A stretch of DNA of 64,000 bases from an uncultured Flavobacteriales bacterium. GTDB lineage: Bacteria; Bacteroidota; Bacteroidia; AKYH767-A; 2013-40CM-41-45. Positions 56,401 to 64,000 of this stretch are shown piece after piece (within the stretch, counting starts at the first letter, position 1; every line of letters starts with the position of its first letter). Where the stretch lies: assembly GCA_964356415.1 (NCBI GenBank), contig CAYHHK010000001.1, forward strand, positions 38,057-102,056, written 5' to 3'. The notes under the pieces were generated by a model. It was not told the origin of the DNA. It was given only the letters and a program-made list of their open reading frames with translations, and did not search any database. The translations under genes were made by a program, and so were the position numbers.

Positions 56401-58149
56401 TCAGGTTGCAAATATTCTTCCAACAGTATTTTGAAGTTCATCCAGACGGATGATATAAATTTCTTCTTCAACAGGGTTTTCGTCTCCGTATAAATTTTCC
56501 AGATGCGCTTTGTATGCGCTCACCACATTTCGCGGAGCTACTTTCATGGATGGAGTCAATGTTCCTTTCTCCAGAGAAAGCTCATCATCGATAATCATAG
56601 CAGCTCTTATTTGTGCAAACTTTTGTCCGATGCCACAATTTGCATCATGTAAGCAACCGTGTAAGCATTTGCTGAGTTCATTCAGGTCGCGGGGACAGAA
56701 GCAACCTTCCTCAGGAGAAATGTTGTAGTCAGGATGATTTAAAAGTTTTTTATTTGGGAATAATATGGCAACAGGATAGTCTTGTCCGCTGCCTACTACC
56801 ATGGCGAATGAGATGTAGTGGCATTTCATCTCGATGAGTTTTTCAAGGTCTGACGGAACAACTTTTTCTCCGTTTGACAATTTAAAGATGCGGTCTTTGC
56901 GGGTGATAAGTTTCAGACCATTTTCTGTAATTTCTCCAATATCACCGGTGCAAAACCAGCCATCATCAGTAAATATTCCTGAATTCGCTTCGTCATTTTT
57001 ATAATACCCTTTCATTACGTTGGGACCTTTCACCTGAATTTCTCCGTCATCTGCGAGTCTGATGCTTACTCCGGGCAAAGGACTTCCTACAATACCATGA
57101 TGGCGTTTCTTATTTGGATTTGTGAGCGTACAGCATGGGGAAGTCTCAGTGAGACCCCATCCTTCTATGACTGGTACATGTCTTTTTTCAAATTCGTCGG
57201 AGAGATTTTTAGGAAGCGAAGCCGCTGCAGTGAAAATGAATTTCAATTGGGGATGAAAAAAGAGTTCTTCTGCTTCCTGATCATTTCTTGTAAGATCAAT
57301 AAGTGACTGGTAAACTTTTGGAACGCTGAAAAAGACTGTTGGCTGAATAATTTTCCAGTTTTCCATGAGCACTTTAGGATCTTTTCCATAGCCGGATTCA
57401 AGAGAGATGGTAGCGCCATTGTAAAGTGCCGTGAATAATTCAAAAATACCTCCGAAACTGTGATGCCACGGGAGATAGGAAAGGAAGCGATCAGTGGATG
57501 TTATTTTCAAGACCTTGGATAGCCCTGCTTGTTGTGATAAAATATTTTCATGTGTAAGTTGAACACATTTGGGAATACCCATCGTTCCTGATGTATACAT
57601 GTTCAGACAAATTTCATCAGGTGAAGCATTAGGATCAATTGAAAAACTTGTATCAGAATTAGTTTTTAGCAACTCATCAAAATGGTGCTGATTGTCAAAA
57701 TATTTTTTTTCAATGTTGTCAAAAACAAAAAGATGCCTGACATGAATGTTATTACTGAGTCTGCCTAATTGCAGTTCTCCGGCTACGCTAAGGAATTTTG
57801 CATCAGAATGATTGATGAGTAGTTCTGCCGTTTCCTGATGAAAATAGGCGAAGATGGGAACACTGATTCCACCTGAAACCATCACAGCAAGTTCAAGTTC
57901 AAGCATTTCAAGGCGATTCGGAGAATAAATTACCATCTTATCCCCGGCGATAAAGCCGAATCGCTTGAGGTTAAAAGCAATCTTTAAAATGTCATTGTAG
58001 AAATTGTGCCAGGTGATGCCTTCGAAAATTCCGTTTCTCTTCTCTTGAAAAACAATATTATCCCGAAACGCCCTTACATTGTGATGCAATAACATAGAAA
58101 TGTTAGGAATCATTTTATCCGGCTTAAATTCAGATTCAAGAGTTTTCAT
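56401..58149 (-). CDS. AMP-forming acyl-CoA synthetase/ligase
   Basis: 582 aa with the AMP-binding motif YTSGTMGIPKCV and C-terminal ligase motifs. ATG at 58149. Confidence 0.85.
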   Translation of the reverse strand: MKTLESEFKPDKMIPNISMLLHHNVRAFRDNIVFQEKRNGIFEGITWHNFYNDILKIAFNLKRFGFIAGDKMVIYSPNRLEMLELELAVMVSGGISVPIFAYFHQETAELLINHSDAKFLSVAGELQLGRLSNNIHVRHLFVFDNIEKKYFDNQHHFDELLKTNSDTSFSIDPNASPDEICLNMYTSGTMGIPKCVQLTHENILSQQAGLSKVLKITSTDRFLSYLPWHHSFGGIFELFTALYNGATISLESGYGKDPKVLMENWKIIQPTVFFSVPKVYQSLIDLTRNDQEAEELFFHPQLKFIFTAAASLPKNLSDEFEKRHVPVIEGWGLTETSPCCTLTNPNKKRHHGIVGSPLPGVSIRLADDGEIQVKGPNVMKGYYKNDEANSGIFTDDGWFCTGDIGEITENGLKLITRKDRIFKLSNGEKVVPSDLEKLIEMKCHYISFAMVVGSGQDYPVAILFPNKKLLNHPDYNISPEEGCFCPRDLNELSKCLHGCLHDANCGIGQKFAQIRAAMIIDDELSLEKGTLTPSMKVAPRNVVSAYKAHLENLYGDENPVEEEIYIIRLDELQNTVGRIFAT

Positions 58150-58160
58150 TTTGATTATTA

Positions 58161-59021
58161 TTAAACAGCCAGTGCCTGTTTTTCCAATAACTTTTTATGG
58201 CGATAGCCTCCCCACAAGGCTGCTCCAAGGGCGCCGGCATAAATGGCATCGGGATGCGTTTTTATTTCAAATTTTTTTCCTGTTTCTATTAATTGCTCTT
58301 CAATTGCCTGAATCATTCCTGTGTTTAGTGCCATGCCACCTGTAAGAAAAATAGGGGATGCTGCCTTTAATGAACTCATAAGTTTGATAATTCGGGAGGC
58401 GATGGAAAGATGAATTCCTTTGATGATGTCCGGTGTAGAAATCCCCCTTGATACCATGTTGATTACATCCGTTTCTGCCAATACAGCACATATCCCTGAG
58501 GAAATTTCGGGTTGGTTTGCCTTCATTGACACCTCTCCCACTTCCTCAATGGACAATCCTAAATAGCGCGAAATATTTTCAAGAAACTGGCCTGAACCGG
58601 AAGCGCATTGTCCTGTCATTTTGTAATCTTCCACACGCGCATTCTCACTGATGCGGATTGCCCGCACGTATAAAGCACCAAGATCAACAACGGTTCTTGC
58701 TTCAGGAAAAAAATAATTGGCTCCTCTCGCATGGGTAGTCATTCCATAAAAGTGGCCCCGCTTTTTTTTAACTAAATCGCCTTCTCCTGTGGAGGCAAGG
58801 TATGCAATGTCTTCATATTGAAGATTGTGTTTTGTAAGCATTGCCTGCACCATCTCATCAGCGACTTGTGTAGGGTTGCGTTTCCTTATTTTTTCTGTGT
58901 GCTTGTCATTGATGATGGGATGGTCAGAATAGTCCATTAGTACTAACTTTATGAAGTTGCTTCCGACGTCTATTCCCATTGTGAAATAGGATTTTGACAT
59001 ATTTGAATTATTTTTTATCAT
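58161..59021 (-). CDS. BadF/BadG/BcrA/BcrD-family ATPase, short form (BcrD/BadG-like subunit)
   Basis: 286 aa with the MGIDVGSNFIKLVL ATPase phosphate-1 motif and CASGSGQFLE. It is the last gene of the four-gene reductase cluster. Confidence 0.8.
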   Translation of the reverse strand: MIKNNSNMSKSYFTMGIDVGSNFIKLVLMDYSDHPIINDKHTEKIRKRNPTQVADEMVQAMLTKHNLQYEDIAYLASTGEGDLVKKKRGHFYGMTTHARGANYFFPEARTVVDLGALYVRAIRISENARVEDYKMTGQCASGSGQFLENISRYLGLSIEEVGEVSMKANQPEISSGICAVLAETDVINMVSRGISTPDIIKGIHLSIASRIIKLMSSLKAASPIFLTGGMALNTGMIQAIEEQLIETGKKFEIKTHPDAIYAGALGAALWGGYRHKKLLEKQALAV

Positions 59022-59106
59022 TATTGTTCGCTTATCTTCTGTTAGAAAATCATTAGGTGGCTTTTTTGGGAAAGTACAATATTGTGATTAAATTAATATA
59101 TGATAT

Positions 59107-59910
59107 TTATGATGATTGCTGTGTGCTGAAGACGAACTTCTTATTTTTAATTTTATTTTCTTTTGTTTCAATTTTCTCAAGTGGGGCATTTATAATGGAG
59201 TAAACACGGTTTTTTAATTCGTCAACACGGTCTTTGGTATAACCCTTTGTATCAATGGGTGCATGGATAATAATCTCTGACATTCCGGGGCCTGATTTCC
59301 CGGTTAATATTCCTTTGCGCTGAATTCTTTTCCAATTGGTTAAAAAAGTAATTGGTAAAATGGGAACTTGCTTCTGAATTGCCAGAGCAAATGCACCGGC
59401 TTTGAATTCACCCATGAGAGGAGCATTTTTCGATACTGTTCCCTCAGGAAAAATTGCCAAAGGATTTCCATTGGCTAATTCTCTTGACATTCTTTTTAGT
59501 GCTTTTATTGATCCACTGGCGTTTTGCCTGTCAACAAGTATATTCATACCTGAGGTGTAAAATATTTTAAACAGTGGCCATTTTTCAATTTCTTTCTTTC
59601 CGGTAAAAACAAAATACCTGTTAAAAGTAGTGTATAGGCAGGGAATGTCAATGAAAGAGGAATGGTTGGGACAAATAATATATCCTCCCTTTTTTGGTAT
59701 GTTATTTCGGCCTTTTACGTATGGAATAATGCCTCCGAGCAGTAAAAGAATCCATCCGAATATGCGCATTAATTTAAATGCATAAGGGTAGCGATCAGGA
59801 CTGTGCAGGAAGTACGAGAATGCAGGATATAAGATAATTAAAGTTACGGTGAACAGTAAAAAATAGTAAATCCTGTATGCTACTTTGAAGGGAAGCAGAA
59901 TGTACCCCAT
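59107..59910 (-). CDS. lysophospholipid (PlsC-type) acyl-CoA-dependent acyltransferase family membrane protein
   Basis: 267 aa with two N-terminal TM helices, an HxxxxD motif (NHSSFID) and FPEGT. Its start lies 3 nt after the stop of the BcrA-like gene. Confidence 0.75.
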   Translation of the reverse strand: MGYILLPFKVAYRIYYFLLFTVTLIILYPAFSYFLHSPDRYPYAFKLMRIFGWILLLLGGIIPYVKGRNNIPKKGGYIICPNHSSFIDIPCLYTTFNRYFVFTGKKEIEKWPLFKIFYTSGMNILVDRQNASGSIKALKRMSRELANGNPLAIFPEGTVSKNAPLMGEFKAGAFALAIQKQVPILPITFLTNWKRIQRKGILTGKSGPGMSEIIIHAPIDTKGYTKDRVDELKNRVYSIINAPLEKIETKENKIKNKKFVFSTQQSS

Positions 59911-59913
59911 TGG

Positions 59914-61323
59914 TTAGTTCTTTGCGGAAACCGGCAATTCCATGTCAACATTTCTTCTTGCAAACATGGCACCCCCAAGCGCTCCCATAAATATTGAATC
60001 GGTATGAATGTTTATTTTGATGTTATCGCCATAGTTTTCTTTTACCAGTTGCGTGAGATATTTAATTACTGCCTGGTTGCGTGCAACACCTCCTGTGAAA
60101 GTGAATTCATTGTAAACGCCTCCTGAACGCGCGATGAGAGACATGGCCCGCATAATTATGGCTTTGTGCAAGCCGCCAAGAATGTCAGCTCGCTTTTCAC
60201 CAAGATTGGTCAGTTCGCGCAATTCAGCTCCAGCAAATACTGTACATGTGGAGCAAATAGTTACTTCTTTCTCTGCCTCTAATGCCAGGGGACCTAATTC
60301 ATTTAATGAAATGCTCATTTCATCAGCAATATAACCGAGGTAGCGTCCACATCCGGCTGCACATCGATCATTCATTTGAAAACTGGTTACAAGACCGTAT
60401 TTATCCACTTGTATCGCTTTGGTGTCTTGTCCGCCGATGTCAAGTACTGTTCTTGTATCAGGAAAAACAGCATGGGCTCCAAATGCATGACATAAAATCT
60501 CTGAGCGAATGCATTCTTGCGGAAACGGAAGCAAGGCGCGACCATATCCTGTCCCTGTCATATTTTCTATTTCAAATTCAATATCTGCAATTTCGTCAAT
60601 GTGTTCACGTAGAGATTCGGATACGTGGTCAAAATTTCCTTTAAGTAAATTCAGTTCAGCATCAAAATTCACACTTGTATTTTCCGCGGATGTGTCAGGA
60701 AGGTTTTTGTATTTTTCTTTAAGCTCATCCATTGCTTTGTGCACAAGCTCTTTGAAGTCAAATTGAACTCGTTGGTTTTCTGATGGACTTATGCTCTTGT
60801 CCCAGACTGTCATCAATGGCTCAAAAAGTGAAATGTCGAGTTTGTTTACTTCCTCGTTGTAACGTTCAGAAACGGTATCGCGAAAGAATTGATTTTTTGC
60901 TCCAAGGTTATTATACAAATATTCATGTTTGATTTTTGGCTTAAAGGCCCTGCGTATATTCCTCAGGTGATTCAATATTTCTTCCCTCTTTTTTTCATCA
61001 GTAAAGAAGACATGACAGGTTTTTACAAGTTCATCTCCAAGTTTATCTAAACGAATTCTGAATTGCTCGTACTGAAATACACTTTCAAGGTCAGTAATAT
61101 ATTTGTTGTATTCAGGCTTTGCTTTTAGTTCTGCTTCCAGTTTTTTCTTGAGTACAGAAAATCGTGCATTGTAAATTGCTTCATCCTTCGCAATGTCAGC
61201 TGCCACTGAATAGTTTGCACGGGTATTTGTGATACCACGGCCTATGATTTCATCTTGTTCATTAATGATGACTGCTTTTGATGTTGTTGAGCCAAGGTCA
61301 ACGCCGAGATAATACTTGTTCAT
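59914..61323 (-). CDS. BadF/BadG/BcrA/BcrD-family ATPase, long form with an internal insertion (BcrA/BadF-like subunit)
   Basis: 469 aa. The N-terminal YYLGVDLGSTTSKAVII and C-terminal CAAGCGRYLGYIADE are separated by a ~200-aa helical insert, as in the larger ATP-binding BCR subunit. Confidence 0.8.
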   Translation of the reverse strand: MNKYYLGVDLGSTTSKAVIINEQDEIIGRGITNTRANYSVAADIAKDEAIYNARFSVLKKKLEAELKAKPEYNKYITDLESVFQYEQFRIRLDKLGDELVKTCHVFFTDEKKREEILNHLRNIRRAFKPKIKHEYLYNNLGAKNQFFRDTVSERYNEEVNKLDISLFEPLMTVWDKSISPSENQRVQFDFKELVHKAMDELKEKYKNLPDTSAENTSVNFDAELNLLKGNFDHVSESLREHIDEIADIEFEIENMTGTGYGRALLPFPQECIRSEILCHAFGAHAVFPDTRTVLDIGGQDTKAIQVDKYGLVTSFQMNDRCAAGCGRYLGYIADEMSISLNELGPLALEAEKEVTICSTCTVFAGAELRELTNLGEKRADILGGLHKAIIMRAMSLIARSGGVYNEFTFTGGVARNQAVIKYLTQLVKENYGDNIKINIHTDSIFMGALGGAMFARRNVDMELPVSAKN

Positions 61324-61347
61324 TTATTGTTTCCTTTTTAAAAGTGT

Positions 61348-62649
61348 TTAAGCCGAAACTACTCCCTGTGACATAATTATTTTTCGTTGCTCCAGCATCT
61401 GAAAATATGATTCAAGCCGGTTCTTAATATTTGCATATGAAAAATAGCGGGGATCAACCAAATCACTTTCGATGAAACCAACAGGAACACCACATCTTTG
61501 TTCGATTTCCCGCATCATTAATAATTGTCCTGCTGAAAATGAATTGCAGCTTTTGATTGAGTTGATTAAAAATCCGTCCGCTTTATACTCTTTAATATAG
61601 TGTTCAATTAAATCTACCCGTTGTGGCAAATTCAGGTTGGTGTAGCAGCCCATACAATATTTTGCAAGGCTCTCAAGGGGATTTTCAGGATCATGACGGA
61701 AACCTCGGTCATAAACACCACCGACTTTTGTATAAGTCGATGCGACAATCACAGCACCCATGTCATAAAATATTTTCCAAAACTCACGGAAGTTTGTCCA
61801 GTTTGGGGGACCTTCAACTACAAGTCGATATTTTTCTTCTTTTAATTCTCCTTCCGGGTTAATCGGAAGTAATCCCTTTTTAAGACGGTCATCCACTTCG
61901 TTGTATAATTCCTGATAGTATTCAAGTGCAATATCAGTTCCCCTGAACGCTGTGTTTAGAGGGCCCATATAGTACACGCCGGCGAAATATGAATCTATTG
62001 GCGAGGGTTTGTTTTTTGCGGATTCAAGAACCTTTACCCACAAATCTTCTGACTTGGCTGAGTTCTCAAGCATTTTTGAAAGGCGGTCGTAATCCAGTTT
62101 CTTTCCAGCAACTTTTTCCATCTTCGGAATCACTTCTTCTTTCAGCTGCTTCACCATATAGGTGACTTGATCGTCTGTTATTTTTCCATCTTCCTGATAT
62201 GGCGTATGCAGCATTGCAATCTCAACTCCGGGATATAATTTTTCGAGATTTTCAAACCACTTCATGAATGTGAAGCAACCAGTGTAGCTTAATAATAATA
62301 AGTCTGGCTCAGGAAGTTTTTCACCGGTAGGGCCAATATTGCCGTTGAGCATCATGCCAATGTCACACTTAACATAGGTGCATACGTCTTCGCTGAATCC
62401 GATTTTTTCAGCATCTTTAATGTATGAACCGGATTTTTTTCTCATGCCGGACTGAAGTGCATTTATTTCAGGGTAAACAGGCAGCATATCCAGTGCGAGA
62501 ATCAGTTCTGTTATGTTTCCCGGCACAAATGTGTACACGACCTTTTTACCATTCTCTTTTGCAGTACTAAGTTCAGTAAAAAGATTGCCAAGCATCTCTT
62601 TCTGAATGACCATGCTTTTTTCCTTTATTGCTTCCTTTGGATTGCTCAT
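61348..62649 (-). CDS. benzoyl-CoA reductase B / 2-hydroxyacyl-CoA dehydratase alpha-type subunit (BcrB/BadE/HgdA-like)
   Basis: 433 aa with HGD-D family features (GKKVVYTFVPGNITELILALDMLPVYPE) and conserved Cys. Confidence 0.8.
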   Translation of the reverse strand: MSNPKEAIKEKSMVIQKEMLGNLFTELSTAKENGKKVVYTFVPGNITELILALDMLPVYPEINALQSGMRKKSGSYIKDAEKIGFSEDVCTYVKCDIGMMLNGNIGPTGEKLPEPDLLLLSYTGCFTFMKWFENLEKLYPGVEIAMLHTPYQEDGKITDDQVTYMVKQLKEEVIPKMEKVAGKKLDYDRLSKMLENSAKSEDLWVKVLESAKNKPSPIDSYFAGVYYMGPLNTAFRGTDIALEYYQELYNEVDDRLKKGLLPINPEGELKEEKYRLVVEGPPNWTNFREFWKIFYDMGAVIVASTYTKVGGVYDRGFRHDPENPLESLAKYCMGCYTNLNLPQRVDLIEHYIKEYKADGFLINSIKSCNSFSAGQLLMMREIEQRCGVPVGFIESDLVDPRYFSYANIKNRLESYFQMLEQRKIIMSQGVVSA

Positions 62650-62704
62650 TTTGTAGTTTTTTCTGTGACTTAATATTTGTGAGATATCATCTTGATATTA
62701 TTAT

Positions 62705-63868
62705 TTATGCCCATAATTTTATTGAATCCGAAAACGTACCGGCCTGTTCTTTTATTACCTTGAATTGTCCCGTGTTTTCATGAAACTGGAAGTTGATATG
62801 ATTAAGACCTGCTTTATCACATGCCTTTTGTAGTTCCGGGCGATCAAGCAATGCCGGGTCACAAAAACTTGCTGCACAGAAAATGACTCCGTCTGCTTTT
62901 CTACTTATTGCTAAATCAACCAGGCGTTTCCCTTTGGGATTGCCAACGTCATATATTGCAGACGAGAAAACACTTTTTTGAAGAAAGGCATTGACTATTT
63001 CATTGACCGGATTTTCGGTAGTCGAATCAATATCACCCTGAATCCACCTTGATCCGAGCATAAAATCATCATCAATGATGTAGCATCCTGACATTTCAAT
63101 GGATTTAATTAATCCGATTGGTGGTTGTTCACAGAATGAACCTGAAATGATTACTCTTATATTATCCATTGGCTCACCTGATTCATGACGAATCAGGTTA
63201 AGCACTTCTTCAAGAACTTCATTGTGTCTTTCAACCGGAATTACCATTCCTGCACGAACGATATGGTAAACGTCAACAGCAGATAAACGCCATGGATATT
63301 CCTGGCGGATATCATAGATTGCTTCAATCAGTTTCCGGTTTCTGTTGTAGAGAGAAATGGAATGATTGAGTTTTTCGGGAGTAACTTTCACTCCATTTAG
63401 TTGGAACATATCATCCATTACTGTTTCAATCAGCTCGCGATAAAAAACCCCGCCGATGAGTGCATCAAAATTCTGCGGGTAATCAAAGTAGCGTGTAAAT
63501 TTCCCCTTCTTCACAATTTTAAACATTCCGGAAAGATTTCGTACGCAATCGCAGATTGCAGGAAAAAGAAAGCCATCAAAGTCATCAAGATTATGATCGA
63601 GCGCCATTTCTATGATGCCGCGGGGCAAATGACATATGTAGGATTGGTAATAGGCATCTCCTTTAATGATTTGTTTGCGGTCTCCAACTCCCATAATTCC
63701 TACCGGTAATGCATTTGCTGCATGAATGATTTCGCGCGGAACATAAATAGGAAGGTAACCAACAAGCAAGCGGTTAGGAGATTCCTTCTTCCATTCCTTT
63801 GCTGATGAAAAATTCAGGTCGAAAGCCAGTTCGCGACACATTTTCGTTATTTCTTCAATTGACCCCAT
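62705..63868 (-). CDS. benzoyl-CoA reductase C / 2-hydroxyacyl-CoA dehydratase beta-type subunit (BcrC/BadD/HgdB-like)
   Basis: 387 aa with HGD-D family features and conserved Cys (AICDCVRNL; GVIFCAASFCDP). It is the first gene of the cluster. Confidence 0.8.
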   Translation of the reverse strand: MGSIEEITKMCRELAFDLNFSSAKEWKKESPNRLLVGYLPIYVPREIIHAANALPVGIMGVGDRKQIIKGDAYYQSYICHLPRGIIEMALDHNLDDFDGFLFPAICDCVRNLSGMFKIVKKGKFTRYFDYPQNFDALIGGVFYRELIETVMDDMFQLNGVKVTPEKLNHSISLYNRNRKLIEAIYDIRQEYPWRLSAVDVYHIVRAGMVIPVERHNEVLEEVLNLIRHESGEPMDNIRVIISGSFCEQPPIGLIKSIEMSGCYIIDDDFMLGSRWIQGDIDSTTENPVNEIVNAFLQKSVFSSAIYDVGNPKGKRLVDLAISRKADGVIFCAASFCDPALLDRPELQKACDKAGLNHINFQFHENTGQFKVIKEQAGTFSDSIKLWA

Positions 63869-64000
63869 ATGGCATTATATTTTTACGAAGAAAGTTATTA
63901 ATCATAAGATTGAATATGATGCCGGTCAAATAAAAAAATACGAAAAAATACTTTCTGTGATATTCTGAATTTATGGAGCAATCTTGAATTAAATTGAAGT

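Noticed and set aside
1-64000. CRISPR arrays, tRNA/rRNA genes, transposases/integrases and large tandem DNA repeats
   Set aside because: None was seen on inspection. Intergenic regions are short (mostly under 100 bp), and the only long ones (13770..14112, 19834..19992, 23046..23330, 41935..42135) are AT-rich promoter-like sequence.

Overview
This 64 kb, low-GC window is densely packed. About 58 of 59 genes are on the minus strand, and many junctions show short start/stop overlaps. It carries no rRNA, tRNA, CRISPR array or transposase. Three secreted proteins end in type-A T9SS (Por) sorting domains, which points to an FCB-group host (Bacteroidota or Ignavibacteria-like). Read from high to low coordinate, the content is: (1) a four-gene class-I benzoyl-CoA-reductase-like cluster in bcrC-bcrB-bcrA-[plsC-like]-bcrD order; (2) an acyl-CoA ligase, a solo HgdB-like subunit and an unusual ketopantoate-reductase::activase fusion; (3) a lower benzoyl-CoA-pathway-like set of thiolase, Zn-ADH (Had-like), Oah-like and Dch-like crotonases and a HADH/ECH fusion; (4) mocA and xdhC; (5) a respiratory nitrate reductase locus with two C-terminally anchored c-type cytochromes upstream of narG, then narH, a RIC/YtfE di-iron protein, narJ, narI, additional unknown proteins, a beta-carbonic anhydrase and tandem narK genes; (6) a complete Moco biosynthesis operon of moaA, moeA, a modE-like gene, a TSUP transporter, mobA, moaD, moeB-rhodanese, moaE and a moaC::mogA fusion; (7) a U32-hydroxylase-like gene, a ferredoxin, a fused 2Fe2S::Mo-hydroxylase and an FAD subunit carrying a Cys-rich insert, resembling 4-hydroxybenzoyl-CoA reductase; (8) trpB2, hyuA/hyuB, ridA, an ACAD and an SCP-x-type thiolase. 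Taken together the window looks like an anaerobic aromatic-acid (benzoyl-CoA/4-hydroxybenzoyl-CoA) degradation and nitrate-respiration island in a T9SS-bearing organism, with several atypical gene fusions and insertions.
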